The notes below the pieces were generated by a model. The model ran no database searches. It was not told where the DNA came from and saw only the letters and a program-made list of their open reading frames with translations. DNA of 53,257 nucleotides from a virus (Duplodnaviria > Caudoviricetes), in IMG/VR virus record IMGVR_UViG_3300030376_008154, positions 1 through 53,257 of that record. The stretch is one strand, 5' to 3'. This document shows positions 46,282-53,257 of the stretch, one piece after another (position 1 is the first letter of the stretch; each line of letters begins with the position of its first letter). A program made the position numbers and the translations under genes.

Positions 46282-46435
46282 AGTATAATACTTTTCTAGG
46301 CTTAGTTTCTCCTCTTTTTAGACTCAATATATACTGGTTAAGTACACCAGACATGGTAGTGCTTTCTTCTCTAACATAGACTCTAAACCAGTCTACTAGG
46401 CTTTCTTCTATAGTAAAAGAATATTTCTTCTTCAT
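46262..46435 (-). CDS. Ribbon-helix-helix (CopG/MetJ/Arc-like) DNA-binding protein
   Basis: MKKKYSFTIEESLVDWFRVYVREESTTMSGVLNQYI; GGAG RBS on the minus strand at 46445-46448. Confidence 0.7.
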   Translation of the reverse strand: MKKKYSFTIEESLVDWFRVYVREESTTMSGVLNQYILSLKRGETKPRKVLYSNRTQR

Positions 46436-46519
46436 ACCGATAATCTCCATATATTGTATGTACAAATAAATATCAAAATTTATTAATTTAATATTTATAA
46501 TTAAACAAAATATATTCAT

Positions 46520-49500
46520 ATGAGCATAGTCAAAAAATTTAATCCACTAAAAAATCTAGACCAAATCGATATATTGGTTGACGATTTTAATCAGTCCAGG
46601 CATTTTGTCATAACTGATTTACCCGAAAGTTTGCCGCAAGGTAGAAGTTCATTCTTAATAGAAACAGGACCATTTTTAAAAGATGGTGTAGAATTACAAA
46701 TAGATTTTGTAGATTCGGAAGGTAATTCTATTTACTATGAACCTATTGAAGATTATTTGGAAGGAACGTCACGAAGAATATCTGTAGAAATATATAGCGA
46801 TACAGGACCTGGTGTTGCTAATTTGATTATCGTTGGTGAGTTAGATTCGATTCCTTTATCAGAAGGTGCATTTTCTGATGTAGAAGCAGTACCAGAGGAT
46901 TGGAAAAATATTTATAACGTTAGGTTAACTAAAGAAATAATAATTAATCCAACAGAAATCAACACCGAGCCGATAAGATTTTATACTCAACCCAAAATAT
47001 CCGTATCTGAAAAGAGATTTGGGTCTTTAGTTCGTACTGAAACGAGTGCGTCGATAAGTTCATCTTTTAATTCAATAGAAGGATTACCAGATCAAAATTT
47101 TGAATTTACCGTATTTGAAACAGAAGATCCAAAGCAGGGTTCTTTATCCGAAGCAAGTGATAAAAAAACTAAACCTAAAAATAAAACGGATTCTATTTTT
47201 AAATTAGGTAATCAATTTAAAAATAAAAAGGGTAAAAGAAAAAGTAGTATATTCAAAAGAATTGGGCATATAGCGAGATCTCGTTCACCTATTGAATATC
47301 CCTATTCATTTAGAATTACTAATTCTGATGAATTTACTACAAAAGATATTGGTGCTAGAGTAGTATTAAAAACAATAAACTCTTCTGCATATGATAGGGA
47401 ACAGTTTGATACTTCAAATATTCCGTTTCCACCAACTTTAAGTAATTATACAGGTTCTATAGCAGAACTTCGTAATAACAAAATTGCATTATTAGAAAAA
47501 CCTTTTACTAATAAGAATACAAATAATGAAGATGTTATAATACCATTCTTTGGTACAGCTGAAATAATAAAACAAGCAGAACCCACTTCCTCATACAGTA
47601 CAGCTAATATAATTTCATATGCAGATGTTGCATTAAGTGATATGAGAACATTTTCAGGTGATATATTTAAAGCTAAAATTATGGTTAGAAGTGAGGGTTC
47701 ATTTGACGATTTTAAAACTTTAGCAGAAATACCTGTAGAATCATCCGAACTTATGATTGATCCATTATCAGTAGGATTATCAGAACATACTGGTTATTAT
47801 GAGAATCAAGCAAACATCAACACTTATTGGACTACAACCGGTGGAACATCAACATTTTCAAATGCTCCATTATTAGATGGTGTATATGTTTCGGGTAGTG
47901 TAGCGACTTTTGAAAATCAAATCAAGTATAGTCTAAAGAATGCTTATAAATTTTCACTAACAAAAAATATAGATTTTACATTATCCTTTAATGCATATAC
48001 AGAAAGGGGAAATGATACACGTTCGTTATTAGCAGTTTATATTTCTGGCTCATCCTTTTCTCATAATAGTGATATTTTTGTAGACAGTGCGACAAATAAA
48101 GTTTTGGTTGATGATAATAGCTACGGTTATAGATTGGGTATAATAGAGGTTGATGACCAAAGTGAAAAAGATCTAGGTTTAGTAGTACAAAATTTTACAC
48201 CTCAAAATACAGGAGACGCAGTTGTTCAATTTAGAGTTATAGAAGGTAGTTGGTATTTTTCTGATATATCGGTAAAACCATCTGAAGATACGGGATTTTC
48301 ACCATCAACATTTACATTTCAAAAGGAAATGCCTTTGGAGTTTCAACATAAGAGGCCGGATACCTTTGAATTTTTAGTGGAGTTTTATGATGCAAACGAT
48401 AATATTGCAGACAGTCTTGCATTTAATACAGGCTCTTTATTTACTGGAGGAAATGTTGTTATAAGCGGTAACGATAATATACAAAGTGGAGATATGTTTT
48501 TAGGTGGAGACAGTACCGGTAGTGGTATTCATTTTGGTGGTATCGATTCTGTATTACCTGAAACTGGTCAGGATGGGGCAGAAGGTTCTGGTTTTATTCG
48601 TTCCATAGGATATCAAGGATTTGTATCAGCATCAAATTCATCTCTTGGTGGAAAATTTGGATTTATGATTTATAGTGGTTCTGTCTTACCAAGTAGTGGT
48701 GATAATTATGCTGGTGTAGGATTGGAATTGGTAGGTGCGAGTGGTTCTTTAAAATTCAGAACTAACCCATCTATATTCGAAGTTGTCGCGGATGCATTTT
48801 TTGTAGGTTCAACATCAACACAATTCATAAGTGGTTCTACTGGTGCGATAGAAATTAGTTCTTCTAATTTTCATCTTACTCCTCAAGGAAATGTTACAAT
48901 GAGCGGTATCATTACTGCTGAAGGTGGTAATATAGGAGACTTCAAAATACTTGGCGGACAGATAAGTGGTTCTAATATGACATTCAATGCACCTCGTTCA
49001 CAATTATTCAAAACCGACCAAGGGCCAGGTAGTGATACAGTCGCACAGTTTGATGAGAAAAGAGATGAATATTATATAGATTTTACACCTAGCGGAAGTG
49101 GTGATGCTGATGGTACAAACTATTATATTAAAATGGGCCCAAGCTTTATGGTTGATAAAGATGGTATCCTTATAGCTAGTGGAGCAGAGTTCGTAGGTAC
49201 AATAACAGCGTCTGCGGGTTTGATTGGTGGATTCACAACAGACTCCCATTCATTCAGTAGTAATAACATTTTCATAAGTGGTTCACCATTACAAGGAAGT
49301 GTTGATGATTCTAAACATATGTTTATCAGCACCTCAAACTTTAATGTCAAACAAAGTGGTGATATAACAGGTTCTAAAGTATTATTCACAGGTGGAAAGT
49401 TAGGTGGGTTTAATATTAACAATACATCAATAAGAGATGTGAACAACACAGTAGAATTGAGTAGTGCTTTACCTGGTTTGAAAATCAAAGATAATGGTGG

Positions 49501-52500
49501 TACTGATAGGGTTCTTGTCAAATCTGGTTCTTTATCAACAGTTGGTGGTGGTACACAATATATAGGTAATAAAAGTTTTGAAGAGCAACTAGGTTCTCTA
49601 TCAGCCGGTCGTAACTTTGTTGGCTCTATAAATAGTTGGTCGTTTTCAGAAGGTGGTGCGGTTAATATTAGTTTAACAGATAGAAATGCTTTTGTTGATG
49701 ATGATAAAGCAGTAAGTGGTAGGGTAACATTAGATGTTGTTGTTCCTGCTGGTTCTTCTAATTATGCATCAACCAATAATTATCAGATATCACAAATTGT
49801 AACTGCGTCAATTGCATCAGGAGATACTTTATCGTTTAGTTCTGTTGCTCGTTTTAGTTCATCGTTTGGTGGTAGAGGAAAAGATAGAGCTTTACAACCA
49901 CAATACTTTCGTTTAGAATATAGTGGTTCTGGTACAAATGGTTTTGTTCCCTTTCTACCACATCCTAATTTTACAGCATCAAATGGTTATGGTGAATACT
50001 TTTTAGGTAGTGGACAATATAATAGTTTTGGTGCGTCAGCTGATTTACCATCATCTGCTGAATTTATTAAAGTAGTTCTTACGGGATCTATAAATGATGA
50101 TACCGGTTTTACAGTAGAAAAGCCATTGTTCATTGGAGACAAAGGAACTGTTAATTCTGATATAAGCGGAAGGAAGTTTACTAAACAAGTTGTAGGTAGT
50201 ACAACAGCAGAACATCCTGAAACTGAAATAACTTTTGATAATTTCTCTTTGAGAAGTAATTCACGAAGAGTTGAGATGACTCAAGAAGGATTATTAATTT
50301 ACAACTCTGAAGATAGTTTTATAAAGATGACTGGTGCTGGAATAGAAATTAGAGGTGGTAGTGGTGTAGCAAACTTTGGTACAGCTATCAACAGAGAGGC
50401 TGCAACTAACGATAGTCAAGTTGCAGGTACTTTAGGAGCTCCAGCATTACAAGCTTATCAATCTGATCCTGAAGATATTGGTACAACTGCTTCTGATGGT
50501 AATGTTGGTGAGTTTGCAAAAGGTAATCACGTTCATAGATTAACATTTTCAACAGTAAACTCTGTACTAGCAGGGCAGACATTGACAGGTACAACATTCA
50601 ATGGTTTATTTGGTTCTAATGCTAGAATAGCTATAAGTGGTTCATTAGGTACAAACGCAGATGTAATTAGAAGTTTAAACAGAGATACTATTAGTGGTTC
50701 ACTTGGTTCAAATGCAGCTGTTATAAGAACATTGGCTAGAGCAGGAATAAGTGGTTCATTAGGGGCAAATGCATCTGTTATAAGAACACTTACCAGAACA
50801 GGCATAAGTGGTTCACTTGGTAGTAATGCTGCATTGATAAGAAGTCTAACAAGAGTAGGTATTTCAGGTTCACTTTCTGCAAATGCGATTAGAGATTTAG
50901 GTGCTGGTATACTATCGGGTTCTGCTGGTTCAATGAATAGTTTTAATATTTCAGATGGTGCAACTACAGAACTGGTAGCAGATTCCAATACTATAACTTT
51001 TGCAGCTGGTACTGGACTTGATGTTGCAGTAAGTGCAACAGATACAGTCACATATACCGTAGATGTCTCAGACTTTTTATCAAACGGCGTTGATAATAGA
51101 GTATTGACTGCAACTGGTGCCGATGCGATGAATGCTGAGAGTGGTCTTACATTTGATGGAAATGATTTAGGTGTTACTAGAAAAATATTTCATATAGGTG
51201 ATACCGATACATTTATTAATTTTACAAATGACGATATAAACATTCAAGCAGGTGGTGTTAATTTTATAGATATTACTGAAGACACCACAAATGAAATAAC
51301 TTTCAATGAAGAAGGTGTAGTTATAAATGTTAGGATGGAAAGTAATAATGACGCAAACTTATTTTTTCTTGATGGTGCAAATGATAAAATTGGCATCGGA
51401 CTTACAACTCCAAATGCAAAATTAGAAGTTAAAGGTTCTGATGGGTCTAATAGTACAGAAAATACTACATTAACTGATTCTAGTGGAAATCATCTTTTTA
51501 CTCAATTCAATGGTGGTAAAGCAATATTTCATTTTGGACCTGTAGAATTTCCCTACGCTAATGGAAAGGTAAGTGGTTCTTCAACTACTACTGCATCATT
51601 TGGTAGGATACAAGTTCCGAAGGGTAAATATTTAGAATTCTTAGGTGGTGGTGCAGGTACAGCAGAAAAGTGGCAGATATTCAACAGTAATAGTAATGTC
51701 TTTGAAATCAAATCTACAGCATATGGTGGTTCTCCAATAACAATCGATGCTACTGGCGGTGGTGTTAATGTTGCTGCTAACTTAGATGTCGGTTCTGGTT
51801 TAGATGTCGCAGGAAACATAACTGTTACAGGTAATGTGGATGGAAGAGATGTAGCTACCGATGGTTCAAAACTAGATGGAATAGAATCTGGTGCTACTGC
51901 TGACCAAAGCAATGCAGAAATTAGAGCTGCTGTTGAGGCTGCTTCTGACTCAAATGTTTTTACAGATGCAGACCATTCAAAGCTTAATGCAATAGAATCG
52001 AGCGCAACAGCTGACCAAACTATTACAGCTGGAAGTGGATTAACCGGAGGTGGTTCTGGTGATGTAACACTAAATGTTATAGGTGGTACAGGAATAACAG
52101 CAAATGCTGATAATATAACAACGACTGACTCTGAAATAGTTCATGATAATTTAAGTGGGTTTGTAGCCAATGAACACATAGATCATAGCGGTGTAGAGAT
52201 TATCGCAGGATCAGGATTATCTGGTGGAGGTACAATAGAATCAAGTAGAACTATTAACATTGGTGCCGGAAGCGGTATTGATGTGTCAACCAATACAATA
52301 TCAGTAGATGTATCAGACTTTATGACAAATGGTTCAGATAACAGAGTTCTAACAGCAACTGGTGCAGATGCGATGAATGCTGAAGCTAACCTTACATTTG
52401 ATGGCACAATACTTTCAGGTTCAGCTCAATCAACTGGTTCGTTTGGAAAGTTGGTATCTGCTGCTGGACTTAATCTTGGTGGTGTAACATCAGATTTGTT

Positions 52501-53257
52501 CCCACATGCTCTAACAATAACAGATGAGTCACCAGCAATAGTTTTAAATGATTCGAATGTTTCTAATTTACAACATAGAATATTTGGTGGTGGTAATGCT
52601 GGTTTAGAAGTTAGTATTGATGCCAATAATGTAGCAGCTGGTTATTTCAGAGTAGATTTGGGTGGTGCAGAAAAAATGAGATTGATTGAAAGCGGTAATC
52701 TTGGCATCGGAAGATCAACTCCTACATACAAATTAGATGTAAATGGAGACCTACTTGTAACAAAAACATCAGGAAATTTAGCTAGATTTACTGGTGCTGG
52801 TGCTTCTTCATTTTATATATCTGCAACAGCTCAAATAACACATACCTCAACAACTGGAAATACCGCTTTTGCAATTAATCAAGCAGGTTCTGGTGATGCA
52901 TTTTCTGTAGATAGTAGTGCATTGATTGTTAAGGCAGACGGCAAGGTTGGTATCGGAACAGATAATCCTGGTGATTATAGATTATATCTCAACCATGATA
53001 GTGAAGATGTATTAAAATTATATAATACTACTGATGGACAAGATGCTTTAATATCGTTTCAAAATCCAGGTGGAACTTTAGGAAGAATACAAGGTATTGA
53101 TAATGGTGGATTAGCATTTGATACTGGAAATAATGCAGGTGGTATGAATAGTAATGTTATGTTTATATCTAATGCTGCTAATGTCGGTATCGGGACCACA
53201 AATCCAGGTAAAAAATTCGTAGTAGAAACAACAACGGATTATGATGGTATTGAAGTT
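46520..53257 (+). CDS. Giant tail-fibre/baseplate-associated protein, at least 2246 aa, truncated by the window end
   Basis: ATG at 46520 (MSIVKKFNPLKNLDQID...); in frame at every spot checked up to the last base; absent from the track, consistent with having no stop; carries GIG..(T/N)P, ISGS and DNRVLTATG fibre repeats. Confidence 0.85.
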   Translation, partial: MSIVKKFNPLKNLDQIDILVDDFNQSRHFVITDLPESLPQGRSSFLIETGPFLKDGVELQIDFVDSEGNSIYYEPIEDYLEGTSRRISVEIYSDTGPGVANLIIVGELDSIPLSEGAFSDVEAVPEDWKNIYNVRLTKEIIINPTEINTEPIRFYTQPKISVSEKRFGSLVRTETSASISSSFNSIEGLPDQNFEFTVFETEDPKQGSLSEASDKKTKPKNKTDSIFKLGNQFKNKKGKRKSSIFKRIGHIARSRSPIEYPYSFRITNSDEFTTKDIGARVVLKTINSSAYDREQFDTSNIPFPPTLSNYTGSIAELRNNKIALLEKPFTNKNTNNEDVIIPFFGTAEIIKQAEPTSSYSTANIISYADVALSDMRTFSGDIFKAKIMVRSEGSFDDFKTLAEIPVESSELMIDPLSVGLSEHTGYYENQANINTYWTTTGGTSTFSNAPLLDGVYVSGSVATFENQIKYSLKNAYKFSLTKNIDFTLSFNAYTERGNDTRSLLAVYISGSSFSHNSDIFVDSATNKVLVDDNSYGYRLGIIEVDDQSEKDLGLVVQNFTPQNTGDAVVQFRVIEGSWYFSDISVKPSEDTGFSPSTFTFQKEMPLEFQHKRPDTFEFLVEFYDANDNIADSLAFNTGSLFTGGNVVISGNDNIQSGDMFLGGDSTGSGIHFGGIDSVLPETGQDGAEGSGFIRSIGYQGFVSASNSSLGGKFGFMIYSGSVLPSSGDNYAGVGLELVGASGSLKFRTNPSIFEVVADAFFVGSTSTQFISGSTGAIEISSSNFHLTPQGNVTMSGIITAEGGNIGDFKILGGQISGSNMTFNAPRSQLFKTDQGPGSDTVAQFDEKRDEYYIDFTPSGSGDADGTNYYIKMGPSFMVDKDGILIASGAEFVGTITASAGLIGGFTTDSHSFSSNNIFISGSPLQGSVDDSKHMFISTSNFNVKQSGDITGSKVLFTGGKLGGFNINNTSIRDVNNTVELSSALPGLKIKDNGGTDRVLVKSGSLSTVGGGTQYIGNKSFEEQLGSLSAGRNFVGSINSWSFSEGGAVNISLTDRNAFVDDDKAVSGRVTLDVVVPAGSSNYASTNNYQISQIVTASIASGDTLSFSSVARFSSSFGGRGKDRALQPQYFRLEYSGSGTNGFVPFLPHPNFTASNGYGEYFLGSGQYNSFGASADLPSSAEFIKVVLTGSINDDTGFTVEKPLFIGDKGTVNSDISGRKFTKQVVGSTTAEHPETEITFDNFSLRSNSRRVEMTQEGLLIYNSEDSFIKMTGAGIEIRGGSGVANFGTAINREAATNDSQVAGTLGAPALQAYQSDPEDIGTTASDGNVGEFAKGNHVHRLTFSTVNSVLAGQTLTGTTFNGLFGSNARIAISGSLGTNADVIRSLNRDTISGSLGSNAAVIRTLARAGISGSLGANASVIRTLTRTGISGSLGSNAALIRSLTRVGISGSLSANAIRDLGAGILSGSAGSMNSFNISDGATTELVADSNTITFAAGTGLDVAVSATDTVTYTVDVSDFLSNGVDNRVLTATGADAMNAESGLTFDGNDLGVTRKIFHIGDTDTFINFTNDDINIQAGGVNFIDITEDTTNEITFNEEGVVINVRMESNNDANLFFLDGANDKIGIGLTTPNAKLEVKGSDGSNSTENTTLTDSSGNHLFTQFNGGKAIFHFGPVEFPYANGKVSGSSTTTASFGRIQVPKGKYLEFLGGGAGTAEKWQIFNSNSNVFEIKSTAYGGSPITIDATGGGVNVAANLDVGSGLDVAGNITVTGNVDGRDVATDGSKLDGIESGATADQSNAEIRAAVEAASDSNVFTDADHSKLNAIESSATADQTITAGSGLTGGGSGDVTLNVIGGTGITANADNITTTDSEIVHDNLSGFVANEHIDHSGVEIIAGSGLSGGGTIESSRTINIGAGSGIDVSTNTISVDVSDFMTNGSDNRVLTATGADAMNAEANLTFDGTILSGSAQSTGSFGKLVSAAGLNLGGVTSDLFPHALTITDESPAIVLNDSNVSNLQHRIFGGGNAGLEVSIDANNVAAGYFRVDLGGAEKMRLIESGNLGIGRSTPTYKLDVNGDLLVTKTSGNLARFTGAGASSFYISATAQITHTSTTGNTAFAINQAGSGDAFSVDSSALIVKADGKVGIGTDNPGDYRLYLNHDSEDVLKLYNTTDGQDALISFQNPGGTLGRIQGIDNGGLAFDTGNNAGGMNSNVMFISNAANVGIGTTNPGKKFVVETTTDYDGIEV
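50633..50886 (+). repeat. 57-nt (19-aa) tandem repeat, four copies plus a partial fifth
   Basis: ISGSLGTNADVIRSLNRDT / ISGSLGSNAAVIRTLARAG / ISGSLGANASVIRTLTRTG / ISGSLGSNAALIRSLTRVG / ISGSLSANA. Confidence 0.9.

Noticed and set aside
106-52626. Most minus-strand and nested ORFs in the track (e.g. 106..294, 12272..12625, 26091..26468, 49123..49521, 50533..51051)
   Set aside because: They lie fully opposite or inside strong + strand genes, lack RBSs and have shadow-frame composition. Only 46262..46435 was kept.
1-53257. CRISPR array
   Set aside because: No run of identical 25-45 nt repeats with unique spacers. The promoter repeats are kilobases apart and the 57-nt repeats are coding and contiguous.
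1-53257. Stop-codon reassignment
   Set aside because: Genes are full length in the standard code, and TAA, TAG and TGA all terminate ORFs that abut the next gene.

Overview
This window is best read as a 53 kb segment of a large, AT-rich, contractile-tailed dsDNA phage of a diderm (Gram-negative) host. It uses the standard genetic code and almost every gene is on the + strand. From left to right: (1) a cluster of type IV pilin-like genes (three complete, probably a fourth truncated) with two small exported or membrane partners; (2) an accessory region driven by five copies of a TTGACT-N18-TAGCTT promoter, with a VWA/metallopeptidase plus MoxR-type AAA pair, a thermonuclease, a 2OG-Fe(II) oxygenase and many small ORFs; (3) a lipoprotein and an outer-membrane beta-barrel, then a lysis cassette in which a Popeye-like membrane cNMP-binding protein sits between a holin-like gene and a GH108 endolysin; (4) a proteostasis/translation kit (J-domain protein, Hsp20, peptide deformylase, tmRNA with a predicted 35-aa tag, HAD phosphatase, tRNA-Ala/Cys/Gly) plus two unassigned structured RNA candidates; (5) a DUF4338 / DUF262-HNH / glycosyltransferase / HD hydrolase module followed by a gp55-like sigma factor; (6) baseplate and tail genes; (7) resolvase, primase and an Mre11-Rad50 (SbcD-SbcC) fusion; (8) one antisense ribbon-helix-helix gene; (9) a tail-fibre-like ORF of at least 2246 aa that runs off the window and is missing from the supplied ORF track. 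The strongest candidates for new biology are the phage-borne pilin cluster, the cNMP sensor inside the lysis cassette, the putative DNA-modification module and the two ncRNAs. All family calls come from motif recognition by eye; no database search was run.
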